This document shows, piece by piece, positions 1 through 10,003 of a stretch of 64,000 bases of DNA. Below the pieces are notes generated by a model. That model searched no databases. It was not told the origin of the DNA and saw only the letters and a list, made by a program, of their open reading frames with translations. The stretch comes from Candidatus Bathyarchaeota archaeon (GTDB lineage: Archaea; Thermoproteota; Bathyarchaeia; Bathyarchaeales; Bathycorpusculaceae), in the NCBI GenBank assembly GCA_963767735.1, contig CAVYES010000008.1, positions 64,001 to 128,000 of the forward strand. The letters are read 5' to 3'. The position numbers were made by a program, and so were the translations under genes. Every line of letters starts with the position of its first letter. The first letter of the stretch is position 1.

Positions 1-807
1 TGCGATGGAGTCAGTTGCGCCTGTTATGTCAGTTACAACGTTTGGGTTACCCTCAGCTAATTCGTATGGAGCCATGTATTGACTGCCGGTAACTGCACCT
101 GCTGAGTTTGTAGCTTCAGCACTGTTGCCAAGTTGTTTGCCAAAGAAGTTGTTGAAGCAATCGTAGGTTCCTGAGGTTGGGTCTCTTACAATTCTGTTGA
201 TTGGGTCACTATCGTGTGCTGCTGCACCTGCTGGGAGGGTTCCGCCTGCTGCTGTGTATGCAGTGAAGAATTGTCCCCATGTAGTGTAGATCGGGCTTGC
301 GCCTCCTGCGTCAGTGGATTCGAATAGTTGGCAAACTTGTTTTGCGGTAAGGTCGGTTGGTGCCCATGTCATGTCTGCACTGTAAACTATGGCGACACTG
401 TCAACGCCGACTGCCCAAATCTGAACGGTGCCTGCGTTGGATTGTCCCCACTCTCCTGTGGTTGGTGGTCTTGACATTTCACCTATGTCTGCTGTTGCAG
501 TGCCGGTAGTTGGTAGGATTGCTGGGAACGCTGTTCCACTGCCTAATCCAGCTATGTTCATAGTGCTGATCGTGCATTGGGCTAAGGTATTGCCTGTCCC
601 CAACAAAGATGGGTTTGCGGTAATCAAGTTGTTCCAATAAGTTGGAAACGTCGCTGACGCTTCCTGGGCTATTGGAAGGACGGTGCTTGAACCTGCGATG
701 TTAATCGTGTTCGGAGTAATCAAAGCTTGTATCGGAAGAGCGGCTATAGAAAAAGCGAGCATTGCCATTACTAACACAGAAAATAATATTTTTTGTACTT
801 TATTCAA
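1..807 (-). CDS. pstS: Phosphate-binding protein PstS-like (5' part; runs off the left window edge, not in the ORF track)
   Basis: Manual translation from TTG at 807: MNKVQKILFSVLVMAMLAFSIAALPIQALITPNTINIAGSSTVLP...GLGSG...ADIGEMSRPP...VGVDSVAIV...RDPTSGTYD. These are PstS motifs. Close paralog of 8573..9940 and divergent from pstC. Confidence 0.88.
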   Translation of the reverse strand, partial: MNKVQKILFSVLVMAMLAFSIAALPIQALITPNTINIAGSSTVLPIAQEASATFPTYWNNLITANPSLLGTGNTLAQCTISTMNIAGLGSGTAFPAILPTTGTATADIGEMSRPPTTGEWGQSNAGTVQIWAVGVDSVAIVYSADMTWAPTDLTAKQVCQLFESTDAGGASPIYTTWGQFFTAYTAAGGTLPAGAAAHDSDPINRIVRDPTSGTYDCFNNFFGKQLGNSAEATNSAGAVTGSQYMAPYELAEGNPNVVTDITGATDSIA

Positions 808-986
808 TTTTTATTTCTCCTTTCAATATCTGTGAACGATTTCTCGTTCAAGCATTAATCGAGGTCTAACCCATATCTAGCTTCTCGCTGTAGATTATGA
901 GGAGAAATTTATTCTATAGATATACCAATAGTTTACAATATCCAAATGAGAAATACCAATTCAACAAGTGAACCTAATTATTACTA

Positions 987-1991
987 TTGATAATAAATAG
1001 AAAAGCATTATCTTTACGGTTCTCGCCCATTCACATAGTTGAGAGGGAGCTATCCCGCCTTTTAAGGCAGGCTTTAGGAAGGGAAACTTTGCCAAGAAAC
1101 TGGAATTATAGAGTCTTTAAGGATAACTTGTTCAAAATAATCCTGTTTCTATGCGCAGTTTCATCAATCGGCATTGTTCTTTTTATCTTCGGTTACATGT
1201 TATGGCAAGGAGGGCAACAGTTTTCCGATTGGATCTTGAATGGAATCTGGAACCCTTCCTTACCGTCAGTTGTAGCCCCATTTGGGTACGTATTCAATAC
1301 CTTATACTGTTCAATCGTAGGGGCATTGATAGGATTTGGCATAGGACTCCCATGTGCTATCTACTTAGCGGAATTTTCAAATTTTAGACTGAGAAATTTT
1401 GTCAAACCATCTCTCGAAGTGTTAATGGGATTTCCCTCAGTTGTGATAGGATTGCTAATCCTGGTCCTTTTATGCAAAACTTTAATCCAACCCTATACTC
1501 ATACTTCGGGAACGTGCATTCTTGCTGCGTTTATTGCTCTTGGAATAATGTCTTTGCCAATAATCATAAGCGTTTCAGAAGATTCGTTAAGAGCTGTTCC
1601 TCAAGATCTAAGAGAAGCATCTTTCGGGTTAGGAGCCACAAGATGGCAAACAGCAACCAAAGTTACAATCCCGAGCGCTTTTTCAGGAATTTCTACAGCG
1701 TTTCTCTTGGCGCTTCTAGATGTCATGGGAGAAACCATAGCTGTATTTCTAGTTATCGGTCCGATTATCCCTCCTCCAATCACACTTAACCCCTTGGCAG
1801 GATCCGATGTTGTTACCGCTTTAATCGCTAATTTATCAACCCAAAGCGGTGAAACCGGAGGTGTGGGAAGTTTATATTCCCTTGCCCTTGGTTTAGCAGT
1901 CGTACTTTTCATTTTAACGATGATCACTAATCTTGCTGTAAGAGTAATGAGAGGAAACCGAACTAACGTGGGCGCTCCAGGGAAGAGGTGA
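987..1991 (+). CDS. pstC: Phosphate ABC transporter permease PstC (likely start TTG 1089)
   Basis: AIYLAEF, GFPSVVIG, EAA loop 'LREASFGLGATRWQT', MGETIAV; multiple TM helices; 4-nt overlap with pstA. Confidence 0.9.
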   Translation: MIINRKALSLRFSPIHIVERELSRLLRQALGRETLPRNWNYRVFKDNLFKIILFLCAVSSIGIVLFIFGYMLWQGGQQFSDWILNGIWNPSLPSVVAPFGYVFNTLYCSIVGALIGFGIGLPCAIYLAEFSNFRLRNFVKPSLEVLMGFPSVVIGLLILVLLCKTLIQPYTHTSGTCILAAFIALGIMSLPIIISVSEDSLRAVPQDLREASFGLGATRWQTATKVTIPSAFSGISTAFLLALLDVMGETIAVFLVIGPIIPPPITLNPLAGSDVVTALIANLSTQSGETGGVGSLYSLALGLAVVLFILTMITNLAVRVMRGNRTNVGAPGKR

Positions 1992-3391
1992 GTAGGATGA
2001 AACTGAAACTACCATTAGGGGTAATCTACGCTAAGCTAAAAAAGACAAAAAAAGAAAATTTACTGACGTTCGGGCTTCTTTCTGCCGCAGGCATCCTAGT
2101 GTTGATTCCAGGTTTTACGTTTCTTCTCCATACTTTTTCCACTAAGATTCCAGCCAATCAAAATGATGATTGGTTAGTTGCACGGTCGGTGTTGTCCTTA
2201 TTTATGATGCTACCAAGTTTTGTTTTATTCTGTATAGGATACCTCTTACTGGAATCTCACTCAATTGGCTGGAAACTGTCACTTGGAACATGCGGAGCAT
2301 CAATTTTGCTAGCAGCCTTAAGTCATCCAGAGATTGATCTGGCGCTCGCAATAGGATTTCTTAGCGCCGTAGCAGTCGTATTAGAAATTAGAAATAGAAA
2401 AAGCGGAGAAATCGTACCTAAAGATTTGCCAATTGTAATAGAAAACATTGCAGTATTTGGCATGTCCATCTGTGTAACAATTTGCATAGGCATCATAGTT
2501 TTCCTATTTGGATACGTAATCGTAAGGGGAGCTCCATACATAAACATTGATTTCCTCACAAAAATAAATTTCAACTTTGACCAAGAGTCCCTTAAGTTAG
2601 CGGACATTTCGTCAGCTTCTGGGGGGGGAATACTAGGCTACACTTTTGGATCCTTGATTGTAACTGCAGTTTGTGAGGCTATTGCAATTCCGTTAGGTTT
2701 AGGCGCAGCTCTCTATCTATCAGAGTACGCTAAACGAAACAAAATAACAGATACTATTCGCTTCTTCGTCGAGACACTCGCTGGACTTCCTTCCGTTATT
2801 ATAGGATTACTAGTATTCATCGTTCTTGTCCGCGACCTGAATTGGGGATTTACAATTCAAGCGGCTGCAATAGGATTAGCAATTATGATCCTACCGTTCA
2901 ATATCAGGGTAGTAGAAGAAGCTTTGAGGTCTGTTCCAGACGCCTTCAGAGAAGCGGCATTTGCACTTGGAGCCACCAAATGGGAAACGGCAAAAAGCAT
3001 CGTATTTTACGCAGCGTCTCCTGGAATTATCACTGGAATTCTTTTAGGGGCAGGAGCAGCAATCGGGGAAGCCGCAGTGGTTTTTGTAATTTTTGGGCAG
3101 AATCTTCCTCAGGGGACCTCAACGAACCCCACTTTTCCACCTTTAGGCAACCTGTTTGGACGCCAAGCAAGCGGTTTTCCAACCTTGCCAGTTTTAATCT
3201 TCAAAGCAGCAACTTTAGCGCCATTAGCAATCGGCGACGGCAGATCTACTTTACCGGGAGATGTCATTTACCAAAACATATGGAGCTTTGCTTTCGCAAC
3301 AGCCGCCGTACTTATAACAATTTACCTTGCAATCTGTGTCGTAGCATTAATTGCTAGAAATCGTTTAACCAAAAAAATCACAGGAAAATAA
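1988..3391 (+). CDS. pstA: Phosphate ABC transporter permease PstA with an extra N-terminal membrane region
   Basis: ALYLSEY, LAGLPSVIIG, 'FREAAFALGATKWET', IGEAA; about 140 extra hydrophobic N-terminal residues. Confidence 0.88.
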   Translation: MSRMKLKLPLGVIYAKLKKTKKENLLTFGLLSAAGILVLIPGFTFLLHTFSTKIPANQNDDWLVARSVLSLFMMLPSFVLFCIGYLLLESHSIGWKLSLGTCGASILLAALSHPEIDLALAIGFLSAVAVVLEIRNRKSGEIVPKDLPIVIENIAVFGMSICVTICIGIIVFLFGYVIVRGAPYINIDFLTKINFNFDQESLKLADISSASGGGILGYTFGSLIVTAVCEAIAIPLGLGAALYLSEYAKRNKITDTIRFFVETLAGLPSVIIGLLVFIVLVRDLNWGFTIQAAAIGLAIMILPFNIRVVEEALRSVPDAFREAAFALGATKWETAKSIVFYAASPGIITGILLGAGAAIGEAAVVFVIFGQNLPQGTSTNPTFPPLGNLFGRQASGFPTLPVLIFKAATLAPLAIGDGRSTLPGDVIYQNIWSFAFATAAVLITIYLAICVVALIARNRLTKKITGK

Positions 3392-3552
3392 GGGAAAAGG
3401 GAGAAATAAACAATGAAAAACCAGAAAACGCGAAATATAAACAAGCAACTTGTTCAGCGTTGCCAGCGCATGCAATCTGCATTATGGCATTTTTCGCAAT
3501 ACTATTTAAATAAGAAAGTTACGGGAAGTTAATCAGAGGAAGGGAAGGAGCA

Positions 3553-5145
3553 ATGAAAGACCACGCGTGCATACAAAGAAGAAAAAGAAAGAGCCAACTG
3601 ATTTATGCATCATTGATTCTGCTTCTATCCCTTTTCCTAATTCAATCAATCCAGGCAACCCAAGTAACAAATGCCCAAAGCACGGCTAAAAACGGTCAGT
3701 GGGCGCTAAGTTTTCAGATCCAAAAAGTTGGGCAAAACACTACAAGCAACACCTTTACACCTTTTGATCAGATTCAACTAAGCGCAAGCGTAACCTATGG
3801 AAACGCAACTCAACCCGACATCTTAGTCACATTCAAGGTGCAAGGGCCATCAAATGCCTCTAACCCTGCAAACATTACGGCAGCTGTCGCAACAAACGCC
3901 ACTGGTCAAGCTGAAACTTCATTTAGGGTTCCAGCAGAAGTCCAAAACCAAGATGCAGTGGGGACATGGCAAGCCACAGCAACAATACAAGCAGACAACA
4001 GTACCCTTCAGCAAAGCTTAAGCTTCACAACACAATGGAACCTTGAAATCACATCAATAAGCACCCAAAACACCCAAGGACAAAAGCAAACAATCTTCTA
4101 CCCAGGCAAAACCGTCACAGTCCAACTGACAATCAGCAACAATGCACAGCCCCAAGAGGCAAATGTCACGCTCAACCTGATAGATTCAACCGGCAAAACA
4201 GTCAACCAAACACAAATCCAAAACACCCAAATAAACGCAAGTTCCAATTCAACTCAAGTAGAAGGAAATATCCAAATTCCAGACAACGCAAACACAGGCG
4301 AAGCAACAATCAGCGCAGCCGTATTTTCAGGAACCTACCTGAACATAAACATACCAGCAGCCGAAAACAAAACCGCCTACTTCACAATAGCCACCAACAC
4401 AACACCCATAACTACTCCTACCCCGACGCCCACTTTGATCGAAAGTTCAGTAAGCCTCTTCTCATGGCTCTTAATAGCAGTAGGACTCTTCACATTCACA
4501 TCTCTTCTTGTGTTCGTCAAAAGAAAACCAACTCCAACAATGGGCACTCAAATGCCGAATCTGCCACCTACAATAACCAGTCCAAACGTTGCATCGCCAC
4601 CGCTTTTCCCGCCAAACTCACAAGAAACAACACAAAAGCCATCACTACAATCCACAGCAACGCCTAAAATGGTTCCAGAAAAAACAATAAACGCAACATT
4701 AATGACGCAAGTGCCCAGCATTTATCAAACGTTAGATATTCCCACATTAGATATGCCCATATCAGAATCAACGACTCCTCAAGACCAAAAACAAAAAATG
4801 GTGGATCACTTAACCAAAATCTCAAGCATCAACCAAAGAGTCCAAACTTTAGAAACGCAGCTTAAAACCGAAAAAGAAGAGCTTAACAAAGCGATAACGG
4901 ATTTAAATAAGACACTTGAAGAGCAAGAAAGAGCTGTAAAGAGCTACTTTGACTCAATAAGACAAGCTATAGCAGCGATAAACACCCAACCCTTCGAAGT
5001 TAGCGAAGAACGCGACACAAAACCAACAGAAGTTAACGATAAACAAAACCCTCCTCAAACAGAAATTAGCAACAAACAAAACAACCAACCAATACAACAA
5101 AGCATTGAAAACCAAAAACCAAAGGAACTACAATCCAAAACCTGA
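3553..5145 (+). CDS. Membrane-anchored surface protein (signal peptide, two Ig-like beta domains, PT linker, TM helix, cytoplasmic P/T/Q-rich region and coiled coil)
   Basis: 530 aa ORF; hydrophobic N-terminus; TPTPTPT linker; TM 'LFSWLLIAVGLFTFTSLLVFVKRK'; heptad-like C-terminal segment. Confidence 0.75.
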   Translation: MKDHACIQRRKRKSQLIYASLILLLSLFLIQSIQATQVTNAQSTAKNGQWALSFQIQKVGQNTTSNTFTPFDQIQLSASVTYGNATQPDILVTFKVQGPSNASNPANITAAVATNATGQAETSFRVPAEVQNQDAVGTWQATATIQADNSTLQQSLSFTTQWNLEITSISTQNTQGQKQTIFYPGKTVTVQLTISNNAQPQEANVTLNLIDSTGKTVNQTQIQNTQINASSNSTQVEGNIQIPDNANTGEATISAAVFSGTYLNINIPAAENKTAYFTIATNTTPITTPTPTPTLIESSVSLFSWLLIAVGLFTFTSLLVFVKRKPTPTMGTQMPNLPPTITSPNVASPPLFPPNSQETTQKPSLQSTATPKMVPEKTINATLMTQVPSIYQTLDIPTLDMPISESTTPQDQKQKMVDHLTKISSINQRVQTLETQLKTEKEELNKAITDLNKTLEEQERAVKSYFDSIRQAIAAINTQPFEVSEERDTKPTEVNDKQNPPQTEISNKQNNQPIQQSIENQKPKELQSKT

Positions 5146-5314
5146 AGACAAGACCGCACGCAGCAAGAAGACATAAAAATAGCAGAGCACACCAAAGAAG
5201 ACTAAGAAAGCATGAATTTTTTTAAGACCTCAAAGCATTTGCTATTTCTACATCTACAAGCCTAGCTGCTGTTGCCTGTCAGTTAAACCGAAGTCGCCGT
5301 TCTTACTATGTTGA

Positions 5315-6682
5315 TTACTGATGAATACTGTTGATTTTTTGCTTAGTTTTCAATCGGTTTCGAGACATAACGAAAAATAATGCAATGATAATTACAGCTG
5401 CAATCACTATTCCAACTATAATGAATAGATTGTCAGAAGAGCTAGTCGAAGAGACCGAGGTAGGCGAAGGAGATGACGTAGACGAAAGAGATGACGTAGG
5501 CGAAGGAGACAATTCAGAAAAAGCGCCTAAAGCATAAACTTTGTGGTTGTATGAGCCTATGTAGACTACTCCATTAACAACAGCGGGAGAAGAATACACC
5601 CAGAGGCCTGTATTGTAATTCCAGAGTTTGGCGCCGTTAGCAGCATTCAAAGCATAAACGTTACCATCACCAGAACCTACGTAAACTACACCGTCAACAA
5701 CTGCAGGAGACGAACCAATATTACCGCCAGTAACATATTTCCAGAGCTGATTCCCGTTGGCAGCATTTAAAGCGTAAACGGTACCGTTATAGGTGGTGCT
5801 AAACAAGTTGGAATTTTCTGAACCTATGTAAACTACCCCATTAACAACGGCAGGTGACGAACCAACATTACCGCCAATGGAGTGCTTCCAGACTTTGGTG
5901 CCGTTAGCAGCATTCAAAGCATAAACATCACCATTATTCGAGCCAACATATACTACACTGCCGACAACTGCTGGAGAAGAATTGACTGCGCTTCCAGTGG
6001 TGTAATTCCAGAGTTTGTCACCGTTAGCAGCGTTCAAAGCATAAACATTACCATCACCAGAACCGACATAGACTACACCTCCAACAACAGCAGGAGACGA
6101 AACTACCCCACCGCTAGTATGATAGTTCCAGAGTTCGGAACCGTTAGATGCGCCCAAAGCGTAAACGTTACCAGTATAGGTGCCGAACAAAGAGGTGGAA
6201 ACTTCTGAACCTATGTAGACTACGCCATTGACAACAGCAGGAGAAGAATCAACAGCGCTACCAACCGTGTAATTCCAAAGTTTTACTCCATTAACAGCGT
6301 TTAAAGCATAAACATCACCGTCATCCGAGCCAACATAAACCACCCCGCCAACAACAGCAGGAGACGAATCAACATAGTCATAATAGCCAGCAGTATAATT
6401 CCAAAGTTTTGCGCCGCTAGCAGCGCTCAAAGCATAAACATCACCGTCATCCGAGCCGACATAAACCACCCCGCCAACAACAGCAGGAGACGAATCAACA
6501 TAGTCACCAGTAGTATAATTCCATATTAGAGTGGGAGTAAGCACCGAATTGCCGGCGGCCACACCACTATGAGATAAATCCGAGTGGAACATTGCCCAAT
6601 CAGCGTTCGCAAACGGAATTAAAACTAAGCTCAAAAGAAAAATCAAGCAAGCTACTGCTACTACCGCATGCAACCTCTTCAT
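5315..6682 (-). CDS. PQQ-like (BamB-type) beta-propeller repeat surface protein with C-terminal TM anchor
   Basis: Eight repeats of SSPAVxxGVVYVGSxDGxVYALNAxNGxxLWNY; signal peptide; Ser-rich linker; C-terminal TM followed by basic tail. Confidence 0.9.
   Translation of the reverse strand: MKRLHAVVAVACLIFLLSLVLIPFANADWAMFHSDLSHSGVAAGNSVLTPTLIWNYTTGDYVDSSPAVVGGVVYVGSDDGDVYALSAASGAKLWNYTAGYYDYVDSSPAVVGGVVYVGSDDGDVYALNAVNGVKLWNYTVGSAVDSSPAVVNGVVYIGSEVSTSLFGTYTGNVYALGASNGSELWNYHTSGGVVSSPAVVGGVVYVGSGDGNVYALNAANGDKLWNYTTGSAVNSSPAVVGSVVYVGSNNGDVYALNAANGTKVWKHSIGGNVGSSPAVVNGVVYIGSENSNLFSTTYNGTVYALNAANGNQLWKYVTGGNIGSSPAVVDGVVYVGSGDGNVYALNAANGAKLWNYNTGLWVYSSPAVVNGVVYIGSYNHKVYALGAFSELSPSPTSSLSSTSSPSPTSVSSTSSSDNLFIIVGIVIAAVIIIALFFVMSRNRLKTKQKINSIHQ
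6303..6506. repeat. Near-identical intragenic duplication: 6303-6380 vs 6429-6506 (78 bp, 1 mismatch)
   Basis: Direct comparison of the two blade-coding segments. Confidence 0.85.
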
Positions 6683-7267
6683 TGCAAACCACCTTTTTGT
6701 CCCTTATCGTTAAAGAACTATTAAAGGTCTTTTACTATAGGTTCTATAGCTTAGAAACCAAGAAGAAGCAAAAACAAATGTGAAGTTGCTTGTACGTTGA
6801 ATTAGGAAAAAATATTGTTTTGCTAAAATAATTGTTAAAGCCAGTGCCAACGCTCCCTTCCACTTCACAGCCGATTCCTCAAAGAACTAACTATTTGCAG
6901 ACAATCATTACATGAGGTTTGTTGCTATAAAAGATGGCAGGCAAATAAGTCCAGCCAGAACTATTTAGTGTAACTTGCTCCCGCCGGTTATGTATATGCG
7001 TTCCCTAAATAGCATTAAGCTAAAACTATTTTGTATAACATTTCTATATTGAAAAATATAATATATGTTTGTCCATTTAGAGGGTTCTTTGAGAAGGTTA
7101 AGAATAATGGAGTATGAGTTTGCTTTTGGTAAAGCGTTTTCAGCACTTAATTTCAGGAATTGCTTACCTGAAGCCAAAGGGCAAATTCTTACTGATAACT
7201 CTACTATTGTGAACGACGTGTGTTTTCAGTTAATTGTAGGCGTCGGGACACAAAGAGGTAGAGCCAA

Positions 7268-8482
7268 TTGAAGGAAACGTACAAAGTACTGCTAATAGCT
7301 CTCTCATCTAGATTGTTAGTCGCCCTCTTGCTTGTTCTATTCAACTATCTGTTTGGATATCAGACTGGATATCAGATTGGAACAATTGATCTGCCTTTCG
7401 TAAATTTGTTTTTTCGAATGGATTCTCCCCATTACTTGGATATTGCACTCAACGGATATCCTCACGGTTACCCTGACGTTTCAACATGGACGAATGGTGT
7501 ATCAGAAGCAGTTATCCCTGTTCTTGCCTATCCTCAATGGGCGTTCTTTCCGTTATATTCGGCAGTTATGAGAGCTTTCGGGCTTTTGCTCATGCCTTTT
7601 TATTCAGTTTCAAACGCTTTAATTGTAGCCGGTTTCTTGATAAGCAATTTCTGCTTTTTTGTTAGCACATACTTTCTATTTAAATTAACCAACAAATTGT
7701 TCAATTCGACAAAGATAGCGTTAGTAACAGTAGCTTTCTATTCTTTTTGGATAGGCAGTGTTACCCTTTCTGCAGTATACAGCGAATCGTTATTTATGGC
7801 CTTAACATTAGCTTCTTTCTATTATCTAGAGGAAGGTAGATTTTACAAAGCCACATTTTTCGGCTTCTTAGCCACCTTTACAAGAAGTGATGGCTTTATA
7901 ATATTCATACCATTCTTTGTCTACGCAATACAACAGCTGAAAACTCTAAAGACAGAAAAAATGCAGAGCTTAAAGAAATCTTTAAGACTGGTGGGGTTTT
8001 CTGGAATAGTTGCATCTCCTTATCTATTATGGAATATTGAAGGGTACTTCGTGGCAGGAGGTGTTTTTCCAGTGCAAGTTATATCGCGAAATTTGAATTG
8101 GGGAGTATTCCCGAATCTATATCTTCAATTTACTGACGGCACAGTCCGCCTTCCTGTTCAACAAGCTTATCTAATTTTAGGAATTTTGTTCATTTTGATC
8201 CCAACAGTTTATCCGATAGTTAAAACAAGAAGATTGATCACAACAGAAGCGCAAACACTAAAATATTGGGCATTCTATTTTGCAATGCTTTATGTTCTAA
8301 TCACTCAGTCATCAGTATTCAGTGTAATACGTTACGCGATTCCCTTGCTTCCTATATATTGGGTTTCTGCAAAGATTTATGGAAAAAACCGCTTTGCTGG
8401 CGGAATCATTTTTGTAATAATGACAGGACTCATGATTTTAAGCACGTATTTCTTTGAGACAGGAAACTATGTTTACCAGTGA
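7268..8482 (+). CDS. GT-C fold membrane glycosyltransferase (PIG-V / mannosyltransferase-like)
   Basis: RMDSPHYLDIA..GY, WAFFPLY, YSESLF, TRSDG, RY motifs; polytopic membrane protein. Confidence 0.8.
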   Translation: MKETYKVLLIALSSRLLVALLLVLFNYLFGYQTGYQIGTIDLPFVNLFFRMDSPHYLDIALNGYPHGYPDVSTWTNGVSEAVIPVLAYPQWAFFPLYSAVMRAFGLLLMPFYSVSNALIVAGFLISNFCFFVSTYFLFKLTNKLFNSTKIALVTVAFYSFWIGSVTLSAVYSESLFMALTLASFYYLEEGRFYKATFFGFLATFTRSDGFIIFIPFFVYAIQQLKTLKTEKMQSLKKSLRLVGFSGIVASPYLLWNIEGYFVAGGVFPVQVISRNLNWGVFPNLYLQFTDGTVRLPVQQAYLILGILFILIPTVYPIVKTRRLITTEAQTLKYWAFYFAMLYVLITQSSVFSVIRYAIPLLPIYWVSAKIYGKNRFAGGIIFVIMTGLMILSTYFFETGNYVYQ

Positions 8483-8572
8483 GGAATCGAGTTTGAAACG
8501 CTTTGTAATGCCGCTTTCAAAACTATAAATTGCATCGCAGCGCATATTTTTGAACCCATATTTTTCATTTCT

Positions 8573-9940
8573 TTAGCCACTCATAGGGTGGGTTAGTGCG
8601 TAGGTAGTAAAGTAGTACACGTAGTCGCTCATGAATGCCAGGAAGCTTGCGCCGTTGATTGAGCCTTGAGCTGTAACGTCAGCATACGGATTGTAAACGC
8701 CGTTAGCATAGTACGCGATGTATGCATCCATGAAGTAGAAGAAGTCGTTTGCATCAACAGTCAACCTCGGAACAGTCTGAGTCTGACCGGGTAACGGTAA
8801 GTAGGCTGCAAGAGCTGAGTTCAGAACTTGTCCGCCTGCCATCGCTGCACGTGGCATAGCCATGTAGCCGGTGTCTGTGACGAAGTTCGGGTTGCCGCCA
8901 GCTACGCCTGCGTCAGCTTTAAAGTAAGCGATCCAAACACCTTCCGCCAGGTTAGGACCTGTGCTTGGAATAGTGGACGGTGTCACTTCCCAGAGCCATC
9001 TGTATGGCGTGTATGTGCCGCTAATGATGTTAGCTTGTGTTGGACCATAATAGTTTGAGCCGTTCCAGATGCTAATAGGCAACACGTCGGAGGTTTTCTG
9101 TAGATCTTCCCATGCAATGAAGGTTATTGTGTCTGTGGCACCCGTCATATACTCTTCGACTGTCTGTTCATTCTCAGCCACGGTATATGGAGCCATGTAT
9201 TGACTGCCGGTAACGTAGCCTTGAGCATTCGTGGCTTCAGCGTTATTTCCAAGTTGTTTGCCAAAGAAGTTGTTCCAGCAATCGTAGGTTCCTGATGTCG
9301 GATCCTTCACAATCCTGTTGATCGGGTCATTCATGTGTGCTTGAGCTGCCGCTGGGATGTTGCCTGCGCCGTAGTAAGCGGTTAAGAATTGTCCCCAAGT
9401 AGTGTAGATCGGGTTGTTACCTGCGGCGTCAGTGGACTCGAATAGTTGAGCGACCTGCTTAGCGGTAAGGTCAATTGGAGCCCACGTCATGTCTGTACTG
9501 TAAACTATAGCAACGGTGTCAACTCCGACTGCCCAAATCTGGACGTTGCCTGCATTGGATTGGCCCCACTCCATTGTGCTTGGAGGTCTTGACATTTCAC
9601 CAATGTCTGCCGTCGGGTTGCCTGTAGTAGGCAGGATTGCTGGGAAAACTGTTCCACTGCCTTCCCCTTGAATGTTCATGGAGGTGATATCTAATGCGCT
9701 TGCATCTCCCCAGTAAAATGGACTGGTAGCTGCAAAGGCGGCATTATTTGCAGCAACCAACGAGTTCCAATAAGTTGGAAACGTCACGGATGCTTCTAAT
9801 GCTATTGGCAAGACGGTGCTTGAACCAGCGATGTTCAAAGTGTTGGCAGCGACTAAAGCATGTGCCGGAATTGATGCTGAAGAAAATGCCACAATTACAA
9901 GCACCATTATTGAAATTACTACTTTTGGGGTTCTGTTCAA
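8573..9940 (-). CDS. pstS: Phosphate-binding protein PstS-like with C-terminal dockerin-like domain
   Basis: IAGSSTVLP, GEGSG, ADIGEMSRP, DPTSGTYD, YTPYRWLW; C-terminal twin repeats VDANDFFYFMDAYIAY / ADVTAQGSINGASFLAFMSDYVYY. Confidence 0.85.
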   Translation of the reverse strand: MNRTPKVVISIMVLVIVAFSSASIPAHALVAANTLNIAGSSTVLPIALEASVTFPTYWNSLVAANNAAFAATSPFYWGDASALDITSMNIQGEGSGTVFPAILPTTGNPTADIGEMSRPPSTMEWGQSNAGNVQIWAVGVDTVAIVYSTDMTWAPIDLTAKQVAQLFESTDAAGNNPIYTTWGQFLTAYYGAGNIPAAAQAHMNDPINRIVKDPTSGTYDCWNNFFGKQLGNNAEATNAQGYVTGSQYMAPYTVAENEQTVEEYMTGATDTITFIAWEDLQKTSDVLPISIWNGSNYYGPTQANIISGTYTPYRWLWEVTPSTIPSTGPNLAEGVWIAYFKADAGVAGGNPNFVTDTGYMAMPRAAMAGGQVLNSALAAYLPLPGQTQTVPRLTVDANDFFYFMDAYIAYYANGVYNPYADVTAQGSINGASFLAFMSDYVYYFTTYALTHPMSG

Positions 9941-10003
9941 TTTTATCGTTCTCCTTTTTGGTTTGTGAAACCTATCTTTGATTGCTTAGGAAGCCAATCA
10001 ATG

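Noticed and set aside
6303-6506. Possible diversity-generating retroelement TR/VR pair
   Set aside because: Only one mismatch, both copies are in-frame blades of one gene, and no reverse transcriptase is present
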